NCBI RefSeq assembly: GCF_001194135.2
Contig: NC_068987.1
Span: 4,005,993 to 4,069,992, forward strand
DNA: 64,000 nucleotides
Direction of reading: 5' to 3'
Origin: Octopus bimaculoides
Taxonomy: Eukaryota
Positions within the stretch are counted from its first letter, which is position 1, and every line of letters starts with the position of its first letter. The notes beneath the pieces were generated by a model. It was not told the origin of the DNA, searched no databases, and saw only the letters and a list, made by a program, of their open reading frames with translations. Both the position numbers and the translations under genes were made by a program. Positions 14,170 to 27,415 of this stretch are shown here, in pieces.

Positions 14170-14400
14170 TTAAATTTTAATTTCCGTATGTCTTTTCAGC
14201 CTCTTGACCGTTCGGCTTTTTGTTCTTCGGCATTGCATCCATGTACTGGGTAAAATACAAGAGTGTGTCCAACTAGAATGCCTCAGGCCACCATCCACAG
14301 AAGGGACTATCTTGTCTAACTGGCCAGATTCCGTGCTTACTTTAGCAGCAGGATGGGCAAAATGGAAAACCAAAACCCTTCCTGATCTCATTGTTTGTTA
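14170..14400 (-). mobile_element. Possible degenerate Mutator-like (MULE) transposase fragment
   Basis: Frameshifted pieces FAHPAAKVSTESGQL / LLYFTQY...KPNGQE loosely resemble the MULE C-terminal LAFLP..V...F..L / V..YF..YV.G....NG region; weak recognition only. Confidence 0.25.
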
Positions 14401-14776
14401 AACATCTGATGTCTTGGATTTACATCGGAACAAAAATCTGTGCTGGCAATGATATCTATAGAATATTTGTAGAGATAACTTTAACAAGTCATCTTCAATT
14501 AAAACCCTTCAAAGCGGTGCCTCAGCTTGGCTACAGTCCAATGATTAAAACAAGTAAACGATAAAAAAAAACCCCAAAACCCAATTAGAATTGAATTTCT
14601 ATTCCACAGCATATTGAGCAGATACATTATAAATAAAGCCACAAAAGATGAGGGTCGGAGTCCCTCCAACAATGCATACTATTTAATAAATAACCCATCC
14701 TAGAAACAGATCTGTAAATGAAATCATTCTTCATGATATTTTCACTTCCTCAATGTCCACAATATAAAATACCACG

Positions 14777-14830
<54 letters not shown>

Positions 14831-16772
14831 CATACATCAATTCAATTAGCTAGACAGCCTTGCCTTGAAATGTGTGACCTACTGCCACACATGGAATCAT
14901 TATTTGTAGCTTTAGGACACAATCTTGAAATTCTTTTGCAGAATGAAACAGAGGAGAGGAAAACAGAAAAGAAAAGAAAAAAAACCTAACAAATAATTTC
15001 TATTTATTGAAAACATTTTCCCTGTTTCATTTTTTTCATTGTTTTTAAAATCTAGAACTTTAAAATATTGAAGAAAACTATAAATAATACAGTTCTATAT
15101 TTAAGAGATGAGGAATTATGTACATTATTTACATTTGATGGATATTTGTCCTCATCTTGTTTGTTGTTAACGGTAACGAAAGGGTTAAAACATGCTGTCC
15201 TCCACCCCCTGCCAACTTATAAGACTGTAAAAGAGTTTGGAGTTTGTTGATGAAGAATTAGTAGACTACACCAGAGAAGTTCCTTTCACTGACGCTTTTA
15301 TATTAACTCAGAGATAAAAGTGTTAATAGAAGTAATTTGTGATAATATCATTTTTACCCACCATTTAGTGAGACTTGGTGAGTTAATGACATGAAAGGAT
15401 AATTAACATGGAAGTTAATTACATATCTGTATTAACAACAAAGCAGTGAGCTGGCTGGCAGAATCGAGAGAATGGTTGGTAGTATTTCTCCCAGTTTTTT
15501 TACCTTTTGAGTTCAAATGCTGTTGACGTCAACCTTGCTTTTCCTCCCCTCAGGGTCAATAAAATAAAATACTAGTCAAGTACTGGGGTTGATGGATTTG
15601 TACCCTGCAATGGACCAGCAACCCGTTCGAGGAAATGCTATGGTCTCAGTCATTTAATATGCCATGGAAAGTGGGTAATGAGCTAAATGAGTCCAGGGGC
15701 TGAGGAGAAAAAAAACAAAACAATTGAATTTCAACTGGAATCAGTGGCTAATGGGAGCTTTGAGGGGAGGGTGTGTAATAAACAAAATATATATTTTTCA
15801 CTGTAAATTTAACGATGATGATGATGATGGTGATGTTGTTGTGGATCTTCATGAAGATGTAAAATTCATCTTTGTATTTACATAGGGTTTGAGATCTCAG
15901 ATTCATGGAGATGAAAAGAAAACAGACTGGGGTGTAGTTTATAGATTTCCCCAAGGGTATTAACAATATAAGCGAAACAGTGTGAAACTGGGTCACAGAA
16001 AGAAAATAGAAGTCAAAAAGAGGAATAAATGGATTTACCTTACATTAACACGCATAAACAGGACAACTAGGAGCCTGTACATGATTGCTTGACCTGCTAG
16101 AAACAAACAGGCATTTCTCCTTCAAATTATAGTCTATTATCTTAACAAAAAAAAGGAATGACACATCACATAATGTAACTCTAGATACATTATGCCCTAA
16201 GAAAAAAAAAAACAGGATGTTCATGATTATAGAATGCCTTTAATCTTATTGTTTCTCAATTAAGGCTGACCTGGGGTTAAACAATATAAGTCTTGCATGC
16301 TTACAGACCCAACACTCCCTGGCCTAATTTCCTTGCCAAGTAGTAATCTACAACAATGGCTAAGGTAATGAGGGAGTCCCTATATCATCACTAAAACTGC
16401 TAGAAATGGCAGCCAGATCTCCCACAAATTACATCTTATTAACTAAAATATAAAAAAAGGTAAGGTAGATAAGGTCTTTGGGCTAAAATTTGATGATTTT
16501 TCTTGTTCCCTTTTTTCAAGAACAGCTTGATACATTGGTGAATAGTCAATGGTGTTGGAGAGCATAAGGATTAAAGTTGAAATGTTAGCTGACATGGAGG
16601 ATTGGGAGAGTTTCCTTATATTATGATGATTCATGTTGCCTAATACAATGATTTAACTATTGTAATTTAATCTTTTAGCCTAAATCGAAACAGCTGTAAG
16701 AGAATATGTTGATTTTTTTGCAGATTATAAATATATAAAAAATTTCATCTAACCTATCTGAATCTATTAACT

Positions 16773-16850
16773 CTGATGAGAGAAATATAGAGAATTGCTA
16801 TGGTTGGAGTTAGCTCGCCCATAGCAACCTATATCTTTTCGAAATGGCCG
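16773..16850 (+). ncRNA. Hammerhead-core-like motif with a long stem II (likely degenerate)
   Basis: CTGATGA (16773-79), G-C closed 61-nt hairpin (includes TTGCTATGG/CCATAGCAA), GAAA (16841-44). No convincing helix I or III partner found. Confidence 0.35.
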
Positions 16851-19281
16851 GAAGATTTTCTACATGTTTACGATTCCTTATGAATCATTTTACATTCGCT
16901 TTTTTATCCACCTTCTTCATTGATTCAAATTCGAACATTTGGACTTCGCAGGTACATCTATGGATTTATATTTTTATATATTTATATTTATTTTATATTT
17001 GTGTTTATAAATTTTTATACATCTATGAATTTTTATATATTTATAAATTTTCGTGTAAATTCTTAGAAATTTTATATCTCATATAGATGAATGCATCTAT
17101 GTATGTGTATTGTATACCAGGGAGAATTTCGTTAATATGGATTGAATGAATATATACATCGAACTTTGAATTGGTTTTCCCTCCGTCTTGATTTTATATT
17201 CCTACAGTTTTATCAGAGTGCTAATTGGTTAAGTTGTATAAAGGGATATCTATATCACATATTCTTTCATTATATATATATATATATNNNNNNNNNNNNN
17301 NNNNNNNNNNNNNNNNNNNNNNNNNNNNNNNNNNNNNNNNNNNNNNNNNNNNNNNNNNNNNNNNNNNNNNNNNNNNNNNNNNNNNNNNNNNNNNNNNNNN
17401 NNNNNNNNNNNNNNNNNNNNNNNNNNNNNNNNNNNNNNNNNNNNNNNNNNNNNNNNNNNNNNNNNNNNNNNNNNNNNNNNNNNNNNNNNNNNNNNNNNNN
17501 NNNNNNNNNNNNNNNNNNNNNNNNNNNNNNNNNNNAAAATAATACTCAGAGATCTGGATACAGATTTTTATTAATATGTCACATGTTTTTATAAATCATA
17601 TATTAGCGCTTGCATCTACTCTAATAGATTCTTCAGATTTAAAATTTTTTGAAGGGTTTGGTCTCTTTTTATAGTATTATTGAGTGTGTAGGGGTGGAGA
17701 GAGAGAGAGAGGGGGTGTGTGTGAGAAAAAAAGTAATGTGGGGTGTATAGGATAGTAAAAGAGGGTGAGGAATGGGGAGAAAGTGAGAGAGAGAGAGAGA
17801 GAGTGTGTGTGTGTGTGTGCCTGTGTATCTGAAAGGAGTGTCAATGGAAAAGTGAAGGAAAGAAAGAAAGAAAGAAGAGAGAAAGCAGAAAAAAATGTGT
17901 TTACATCTATACATCTGGCCAGTTCTTTCAATAGATGACAAATTGATTCTTGGTCTTTAAAAATAGCAAAACCTGTTTTGATGAGGAATAATAACAGTTA
18001 TTTTTCAAAAAAATTGCCTGGACTTATCATCATCACTGTCCTGCGAGAGAGAGAGAGAGAGTGTGTGTGTGTGTGTATGCCATGATTGTGATTTTGTTTG
18101 GCTTGATGGGTCTTTTCAAGCATGACATAATGCCAAAGGTCATGGTCATTGCCTCTGTGAGGCCCAACACTCAAAAGGAACTCAGCCACTTTGCCTCCAC
18201 CACAACAGGAGATTGGAAAAAGTCTTGATATAATTCATTCCCCATTACACATAACTCTTATGCACACCTCACACAAATATAACTCATGGACTGGAAGACT
18301 TTAACAAAGCAGATGCATCGCAAAGGGGACACAGCTTGGATTCAAACCGAATCTACATAAAATACTAAAAAATCTGCTGGTGGGAGCAGAAAGAACCACT
18401 GTCAAAGACATAAAGCATTCAAGTAAAAGGGTTTTATTAGAGAAAATAAAAAATAGTCACTCTCGGAGTGGTTGGCGTTAGGAAGGGCATCCAGCTGTAG
18501 AAACTCTGCCAGATCAGATTGGAGCCTGGTGCAGCCATCTGGTTCACCAGTCCTCAGTCAAATCGTCCAACCCATGCTAGCATGGAAAGCAGACATTAAA
18601 CGAGGATGATGATGATGAGGTGGCATGTAAAAAGCACCCAGCACACTCTGTTAAGTGGTTGGCATTAGGAAAGGCATCCAGTTGTAGAAACCAGGCCAAA
18701 ACAGACAGCTGGAGTCTGGACAGCTCCATGTCAAACTGTCCAAACCATGCCAGCATGGAAAATGGATGTTAAACGATGATGATGATGATGGTTGTGCTGT
18801 TCATTAATACTATTTAGAATGGAGAGTTAAAATGAAGCAGATATATGTATATGAATGAGTTTTGTTTAACATACAAATCATCAGCCTGTTTCTTTGCTGA
18901 CAGATCTCAGTGTCCCTGTCACTCACCACAGCACTTCCTAACCTAGCATACACAGCGTGGGAGAAAAACTGGCCAATTCTGCTGGTCATGTAATGTTTAG
19001 ACTAGATGCCATTTCCATCATCAAGCAATTTTGTGAAGTGGGTGCATTTTACCTGTCACTGATATCACCCCAAACATGACTAAAGACTTATCTACCTAAG
19101 GTTGCTTCCATTCATGCCTTCCATTTTCTGGAATGGTTTTTTGCAGCTGAATTGCTCTGCTTATCACCAGTGGATCTGGCAGACAAAAACACAGAAACTA
19201 GAAGAAACCCATTGTGTGTGTGTGTGTGCTACTGTCTCCTTGCCTTGATTCATATGATGGTTGCAAACAAATGTTACCATC

Positions 19282-19348
19282 CAGGAAGCTAATCGTAATT
19301 GTAAACAGGTGTCTAACAGGAAGCTAATCTTAATTGTAAACAGGTGTC
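19282..19348. repeat. 35-bp direct tandem duplication
   Basis: CAGGAAGCTAATC(G/T)TAATTGTAAACAGGTGTC occurs twice (19282, 19317). Confidence 0.88.
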
Positions 19349-19917
19349 ACCATCAAGGAAGCAGTGTCTTTTGTTTCCAGTCTTTTGTGAAAACATGTCT
19401 CGTCATGGAGAAACATCACTTCACTTAGAAACAGATGAAGGTTGGTGATAAGAAATGCATCAGCTGTAAAAATTTGCTGGAACAAATTTCATCCGATCCA
19501 TGCAAGCATGGAAAAGTGGAAGTTTAGACAATGATGATGATATCTGGTATTACAAAATAAAATTTTTATTAAGTCAGCAATTTCATATTCTTAATGTGTG
19601 CAAAACTATCAACCAGTTGTTCTGTCTCTGGTCAGCTCTAATCAAATATTGTTCCTATGATAACTATCATGGAGAATAGAGGTGAACCCTGGGGTACACG
19701 AGAGAAAACCTCCTTCACATCTGGTCATCAAAGTGCAATCTGATAGGAGCTGAGGTACAGATGGAGTTTTGACAGGAAGTTTGTATACTTGACACGATGA
19801 AAGCTTTACAGACAAAGGAAAACAATACTTTTGTAAAATCTCTCAAAAGGACATAGAAGAAAAGGTCACCAGTAAAGTTGGCTTTATGGAAGCCATACAT
19901 GAGGTTAAGGAGAGAAG

Positions 19918-19955
<38 letters not shown>

Positions 19956-21513
19956 TTCTGGAGAATGTTGTTAATGTCTCCATTACATTTGAGATGTTGG
20001 GAGTGAGATTGTCAGGGTTAAATGGTCTTGTAGAAGTTGACAAGCCAGAGAGAGCTGTACCAGGCACTAACTGTATGTTTTGGCATGGTTTCTACAGCTG
20101 GATGCTCTTCCTAACGCCAACCACTTTACAGAGTGTACTGGATGCTTTTTATGTGACACCAACACAGGTGCTTTTTACCCCTGCCTGGATGATCTTAATT
20201 AATTGACACATTGTCAACTCATATTACATATGCACGACCCTAAGATATATAAAAGAAAGGCCTAGGACACACCAAGCAAACATATCTTTGGCTCAAATAA
20301 TTATAGGGTGAAATCTGAAGTCATAACTGATACTACAAGACATTTAGCAAAGATGTGATGGGAAAGAATTGGTGGACAGGTTTTATGGGCAAAACCGACT
20401 GGCAGAAGAGCCCAGGATAGAGTATGAGCAAGACGGTTGGTTAACATCCATGAGCTTGGATGGTCTTGCTTGGGGACCTAGCCAGATCGATAGGGAAGAT
20501 TTGTTTCTGAGAGGATCCGAGGTACGGTATATTTGAGGACTCTGCCTACAAGACCCTCCCAAGATGAAGAGGGTAAATAAGATGAGATGAAGTTTGACAC
20601 TAAAACTTAAATAGGTAATGGTCTATTTTATCAATCTTATTTGGTAATATGATAAAACTAATAAATCCAATCGTCACGAGGAAGGGAGAACTTAACTTTT
20701 GTTTTCGAGGAAAAGTGATGTTGTCTGTCTGGTCAGTTCTGATTCAGTAAACCAATGGTCAAAGGCGTTCCAACAACGACCATCCTGTCTTTTCAGCCGT
20801 AGTTTATTTTAAACTATATTACTCAATACGTTCTTCCAATTTTAAAAGACAGTAGAGTGATTTGGCTGCTATTTCTAGCAGGTCGGATGACTTAATAGAG
20901 GCTGCATTGTCGCTTGTTGATTCATTGAAACAAACTGTAGTTTAGCTCTAGATCGGCCTTGATCGAGAATGCCCAGCTTTGGCAAGACATTTATCGAGAA
21001 ATACATTAGCCAACGTGCTCTTCACATTTTAAGGCCAGTCACGTGGCCTTGACCGCTATTTCTAGTAGGTCGAGTGGTCATATTCAAACAGCTCTGTTGT
21101 TTCGTAACAGAGACTGATGGCACTTTTCGGAAGTCATTTCCTGTTTTGAAGAATTCAGCGACTTGCAAGATAGCCTAAATATAGATTCGTTTAATTAAAC
21201 ACGAGATCCAATTTTTATGACTGTAATATAGTAATTGAATTGAAATTTAATACAAGCCTGTGGCTGCGATGGAATGAAAGAAAAAAAGTTAACCCTGCTA
21301 ATACTGGAACTGGCGAAGGATACCACATGACTAAATCCAGCAAACAATCTACCACTCCTGTTTACTCATTGATCTGCTTCTCCACCCTTCTTTAACACTA
21401 AACTGCCATAAACGAATATATCCATCCGCGAACCAACGAAAGTGCTTCTATGTGGTCGCTCACCCTGCTAGAAATAGCAGTTATGTTTTCTTCACAACCA
21501 CACGGTGCTGTCT

Positions 21514-21544
<31 letters not shown>

Positions 21545-23509
21545 AGAGAGAGAGACAGAGAGGGGAGAGAGATTGGATAATGCCGTTCTGGGTGTGGTAT
21601 ATCTTGGAAAATGATGGAGTGGTGCATCTTTGGCCAAAAAGTTGGCTCAATCGGGGCTAACTTGTGACTAAACAACACATGCATTCAATAAAACTGTAAT
21701 TCTATTTTTATAAACATAATTTAGTAAAAGACATTATGCTATATTTCTGATGCAAATAAAACATTAAATCGCATCAAATTTATATTTGTGCCACAAAATA
21801 AAAAAAAAAAACAAAACAAATAAAAACAGAAATCTTGTTGATTATGTATACTGCAAGCGATGAGGAAGGGCTATTAAATCTTTTTTCTCGAAATAAAAAC
21901 AGAATTATTAAATATTATCCATCTGTCCTGAGGAGAGAACCCTCCTTGTAAGTGGAAAAACATATAAAATGGATTCGACCAACTCCAGTATTTAACAGTA
22001 ATTAAAAACTCAGAGTTATTAATAACATTCATTAGATGAAAGGCAAAACCAGTTCCTGAGAGAGTGGGTGTGAAAATGGTGAATTTCGATATTATAAAGG
22101 ATTCAAAGCATCAAATAGTAATTGTATATTTTATTAGATTTAGTCGAACACTATTCCTTGGTGGTCCTTAAACTCTTAAACTTGGGATTTGTAACACAGA
22201 GCTAACTCAATTGGAATTTGAAATCAGAACGGCTAGGTTTGTGGGTTTCCGTCTTGGATACTGTAAACAACACCGTCTTTTATCGATATACACTCACCAT
22301 TCCTAACATCTTAATTGATAACAGGAAGTCGACAGAGCTGTGGTCAGCCGAAATAAAAGGCAAAATCTCTCTTAAATCAGACTTACAGTTAAAAAAAAGA
22401 AAGGACAGGATAGTTAATATGTCCGCGACCAGTTCGGTAAAACTGGCCGATAGAATAAGTACCAGGGGTCCATTCGTTTGACTAAAAACTCTTCAAGGCG
22501 ATGCTCCAGCATGGCCACATTAAAAATGATTGAAACGAGTAAAAGAAAATAAGAGACAATGACTTTGATAATCGGTTTGCTTTCGAAATGATTTGTGATA
22601 CATTTGACTTAATCTTCATAATCACATGGTTGTTGTTTAGCATCCAGATGAGACCTGATCGACATCCGTGACGAGAGGCAATCCAACCGTGACTACCTAT
22701 CTTTTCCTTATTTAAGACGATAAGGTGCGACTTGAAGGAAATTTTGCTGTTACTTCTAGCATGTTAAACCAATGTAGAAACTCACTTGTTGGTTCGATAT
22801 CACATGGTTGTTGGGAGTTATTTAGCCACAGGTTAAGATCTGTTCCAGCAGAAACAGTTACATTTATGATAAAAAAAACTAACAAAATTTACAGTGAATG
22901 CCAAAACTTCAGAATTTATTAGTAATACAAGCAGAATTTACTGTTAACCAAGAGTAATAATTTCTAGACACATAAATAGTGCCACACACTAAGCAAAGTG
23001 TATTATAGAGAATTGAGATTAGATGTAATCTGAGATGAATAAAGCCAACACAAAGAATTTACTTTCAACGATGAAATAACCTTTACAGGCTTTTTGTATG
23101 GAAAAAAAAAATCTACCAATTTTAATGTAACATTTATCTGATTTTTGTTGGAAAATCTTACACTGCTAGCACGCACCTGTATATGGAATTAACATTAAAT
23201 ATTTAGCAGTTAATTAGCAGAACACCATCTAATTAAATGCATTACAGTAATTAGTGTCATAGTCAAATATTTTTCATCTGTCCATAAATTGAGCTGGTAA
23301 TTCCATTCCAAACTGGACCCGCTATATTTTCACTTGGGTTGCTAAGGAGGAAATTGGGCTAAAATACCCCCCCCCCAAAAAAAACCCAACAAAAAACGAA
23401 TAGCCTAACTTTTCACACATACTCATAAAAAAAAAAAAGGTTTGGGCTTTTGGGCTTTTAAGAGAAACAATATGAATAAAATATATGTCTATCTAATCAC
23501 AAGATGTAC

Positions 23510-23643
23510 CTGGAATCTGGAGGAGACCTAAGATGAAATTCAGCGTGTTTTGAAATTGCGAAAATGCACACCAAAAGCATAAATCTTTTATTATACTTGG
23601 CATCTCTACAGACAGGTTCATCAATGGATAATACTTTCCCGTT
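23510..23643 (-). other. Putative second (UTR or N-terminal extension) exon of LARGE
   Basis: T-rich tract followed by tgtaag| acceptor; donor CAG|gtacat; 134 nt, open in the frame that joins the 24169 ATG to the LARGE signal-anchor exon. Confidence 0.4.
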
Positions 23644-24158
23644 CTTACAAATATTTTTAAAAAAAGAAAAAGAAAATAATAATAATAATCACCAAAAACT
23701 AGAGAGACATACATGTATACTTCGGAGAAAAGTTTTCCATTATCCATAAAATAGAATTAAAAAAAAAAATCTGGGATGGGTGAAGAATGGTTTCATTCAA
23801 AAAGACCTCTGACCTAGCATTGCATTATCTGTACTACAATAAAGTTCTATGAAGAGATCTACGGGTATATAAGCTGAAGTGAACTGTAATATTCGATATT
23901 TGAGAACAAACAATCATCCACTACAAACTAAATGAAGCTATTTATTATTTTTCTGTCTTTCCCATTTCATTCCAGTCTTCCTTTACCAAAACATCTCAGC
24001 AATTTCTAGTTTTAAATGTAAGTAGAACAGAGTAATTTAAATAAACGAGGGAAAGAAGCAGCAAAACTTATAATTGGGAGTGCTTGACAAGGTGTGAAAT
24101 AAACAATAATGAAATATGTAGGCCGTTCCAATAAATAAGCGCAGATAAAAACACTCAC

Positions 24159-24221
24159 CTGTAGAACATGGCCAGGTTTTATAATCCTCGGTAGGGAATG
24201 AGGCGAGGAGACCCTAACCAC
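24159..24221 (-). other. Putative first exon of LARGE (5' end approximate); contains ATG TTC TAC AG at 24169-24159
   Basis: Strong donor CAG|gtgagt at 24158; lies immediately divergent from the PEX16 ATG; ATG in gccATG context. The link to LARGE is inferred from strand and phase only. Confidence 0.55.
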
Positions 24222-24333
24222 ATGGCATGAAATAATTATAACGAATGTTTTGATTGGTCGATTAATCCAGTATAACCAATAGAAACGTTACTTTCTCGTG
24301 CTTTGGCTCCTTACTTTCAAAACCACGCCAAAG
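24222..24333. promoter_or_regulatory. Compact bidirectional promoter shared by LARGE (-) and PEX16 (+)
   Basis: Oppositely oriented CCAAT boxes (ATTGG 24253-24257, CCAAT 24276-24280); YY1-like AAGATGGC overlapping the PEX16 ATG; only about 165 nt between the two divergent ATGs. Confidence 0.65.
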
Positions 24334-24448
24334 ATGGCTGAATATTTCCAAACTGTTTACACAAAATACTGTAAAAGTGTCAGCTGCAATCCAGAAGTCA
24401 TTCGACAGATTGAATCGGTTTTTCGGATTTCCTCTTATCTCATTGCAG
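24334..24448 (+). CDS. PEX16: Peroxisomal membrane protein PEX16, coding exon 1 (MAEYFQTVYTKYCKSVSCNPEVIRQIESVFRISSYLIA-G)
   Basis: ATG at 24334; the translation resembles the PEX16 N-terminus (human ...LETAVRGFSYLLAGRF); donor G|gtaaat at 24449; 115 nt, phase 1. Confidence 0.93.
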
Positions 24449-26513
24449 GTAAATTAAACTTACAGTCATTGTTGATTTCTCTTATTATACATAACTTTCT
24501 TAGCTTTCAATATATTTTCATTTTCTTCAATGAAAAATCGTCCACGCCAACCACGACCGTCGTTGTCAAATGGTTCGATTCTAGGTTAAATCCGATTCAA
24601 TTCACGTTGCTAATGAACTTTGCAAAGCACCAATCTCACTCGATCGTATTCCCCTCTATAGATTTTACATTTTCTGATCTGCATAACAAATAAATCGATA
24701 CTATCACTTGCCCTCCGGTTCGAACTTCGCTTAATCGAAGGGAATTATTTTTGAGGGGACGGTGTTGTATGAAACACCTCGGTATTTAGTTCAGTTCGTT
24801 GACGTCTTGAGTTCAAATCCTTCCAGGTTAGACTTCTAATTGCATGCTTAATTGCAAACCGAACCAGCGTGCAAGCCTCTACATGGTCACTCGACATCCT
24901 AGAAATAGCAGTCAAATTTATTTCAAATCATTCCCGGCGAAGGTAAAGAATACGCACATACCCGTTTTCGGCGTGACCTTAACCCTAATCCTAAACCTAA
25001 CCCCAAACGCCGAAAACGGGTGGTCTGCGTATTCTTTACCTTCGCCTCATTCCCTACCGTCATCAACGAGGAAAAGAGATAATGCAATCGTAGGTTTTCC
25101 TAAAATAAGTTGTGTTAGTCATGACAAAAATCATTTTGCTCTTAAGTCATATCAATGAAAACTGACCTGGAGCTAAGCAACGTGATCTTCGCAACCAAAC
25201 GCTGACTAAAGGTAGCATTTAATTAAAATACAAACGACATCCTGTACAAATCAGAAGGAACTGCACAGATATGTGCAAAGATTCTGAAGTATGGTGTTGC
25301 ATTGAATGCCGAGTTTGACAACTATACTGTTTCAACCGAAAGAAAACCCTAGGCATTTTCTTATTTGATTAATATTAGTAATTAATTGTGTGAAATTATG
25401 ATTTATCTGTAGATTTTGTGTAGAACGTAGCATGTTTCTCTAATGGGCCCCTTTCGTGCTGTGCCGCAGCGCGTTTGTTTACCTACTTATTCGACAACTT
25501 AACCTAAACTTACGCTCCCTCCCATTTTATACTTTGCAATCAAGGAGTTGTTTAGCCGCTAGTCACGTTTGAACGAGCAGACTTAGGATCAAAGACATTC
25601 TAGCCGTAACACCCCCGTCTATTTTTTTGTTTGTTTCAGACATGTTTCCCAAACTTTGTGTTGGCGGTAATTATTTACAATTGTCTTCTCGATTAAACAT
25701 TAACCGTCTTCTCTATCACCTTTGGCACCTTTACATTCGGGGTCGGCTTTTTTGTTTTTATTAACTCAACGTTGATAAATGAATTATCAGTTCAGATACA
25801 GGTGTTCAGTCAATCGTTGTACTCCTTTCAAAAAAATATCTTGACCTTCGGTAAAATAAATAATTACGTGGTTCATTTAGAAATATTTCTCTTCATTTCA
25901 TCATCATCATCATTATTGTTTAACGTCCGCTTTCCATGCTAGCATGGGTTGGACGATTTGACTGAGGACTGGTGAACCAGATGGCTACACCAGGCTCCAA
26001 TCTGATCTGGCAGAGTTTCTACAGCTGGATGCCCTTCCTAACGCCAACAACTCCGAGAGTATTTATGTCAGTGAAATTCAAGAGAAAGCAATGAATGTCA
26101 CAACTTGCAGTCAACCCTTGAAAGGAACGGGGCCCCTCCAGGCCCTTTTCTTTCCCTCTGTTAACCTCGCCACTTCTCTCCTCCCACAACGATAAATCTG
26201 TTTCTTCCAACATACTCTAACTTCTATTTTTTTTTTTTAGTCACGAGGATTCTCTTTTTCCTTATGTGCAATAAGGTGACCCCCCCCCCCCAGTACTGGT
26301 GCCACAAGAAAGCACCCAGTTCACTCTGTAAGTAGAACCAGTGACAGACAGTGCAAGGTCTGAGAAGGAACCAGTCTTAGCGAGGGCAAGACGACCTCCA
26401 TAGTGCTGGTTCCACACACAAAAAAAAGATTGCTTACAGTACACACACTGTAAAGCGATTGATATTAAGAAGAAACCATGCCAAAACTGAGTCACTTGGA
26501 GCAAGATGTCGCC

Positions 26514-26789
26514 CAGTGGTTCCCAAACTTTTTAGGGCTGCTGCCCCCTTGAAACCTAGGTCACATTCCCAGCGCCCCCACCCCAACTAACCATCACAAA
26601 CAGAGACCTCTTTCTGAAGCAAATTCAAAGCAACTGTATTTCACAAATAAAACTTAACCTAATGAACCCATTATTTTGTTTTTTTTAAATGAATCACTGT
26701 CCCATTATCGTCCCCACTTTTCTTCCACACCCCCTTGGAACTTTCCACCGCCCCCAGGGGGGCAATACCACCCACTTTGGTAACCACTG
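26514..26789. mobile_element. hAT-type (Charlie-like) MITE
   Basis: Inverted termini CAGTGGTTCCCAAACT and ACTTTGGTAACCACTG; 8-bp flanks match only partially (atgtcgcc / atgcagtc). Confidence 0.6.
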
Positions 26790-27213
26790 ATGCAGTCCTT
26801 TGCATCCTGTTCAACCATCTAACCCATGTCAGTATGGAAAGTAGATATAAAATGATGATACTAAATATATGGGCGGGGGTGATGAGAAAATCTGTCTTCA
26901 ACAAAATACTTAAATTTTTAGTTGATGTTTTATACTCAGGTTTTCTTTTATTTTTTTTCTCTCCTTATATATATATCGTGAAATATATTTGCCACCTAAA
27001 TGTGGCTAACTCTTCAGGGTTGATGCTTTTGTAGCTTGTAGCCCCAGGAGGACATCTCCTCCAGCTGGCTATTGACACGTTTTCTCTGCCCTATTGGTAT
27101 TATTTGCAAAGGGCAGTCATCCTCCCTATCGTCGATCTGACATGATACACACGAACCAGAGTTTCTGGGTATTGGCCCTTCATCAGTGTGTGTGACAACC
27201 ACATATTTATTAA

Positions 27214-27415
27214 CCCTTTCGATACCAACCTGTTTGAAACTGCCTCTGGCTCTGTGGTTCAAATGTCTTGTTTCCATTAAGTTCTGAATTAAAATCTTCC
27301 ACCAAACCTTAGTCACAATTTATGTTCCTAACACTAGCTGAATGATAACTAAGTTATTTTACTAAATTCTTTGTTATATTCAAAATTAATTGAAAGAAAT
27401 ACAGTAACGAAAGGG
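27214..27415 (-). mobile_element. piggyBac-like MITE family 1 copy
   Basis: TTAA-CCCTTTCGATACC...GTAACGAAAGGG; body is the reverse complement of 1981-2200. Confidence 0.65.

Noticed and set aside
24298-24693. 131-aa single-exon ORF
   Set aside because: Only 24334-24448 is coding (PEX16 exon 1); the rest is read-through into intron 1, and the upstream GTG start is not supported.
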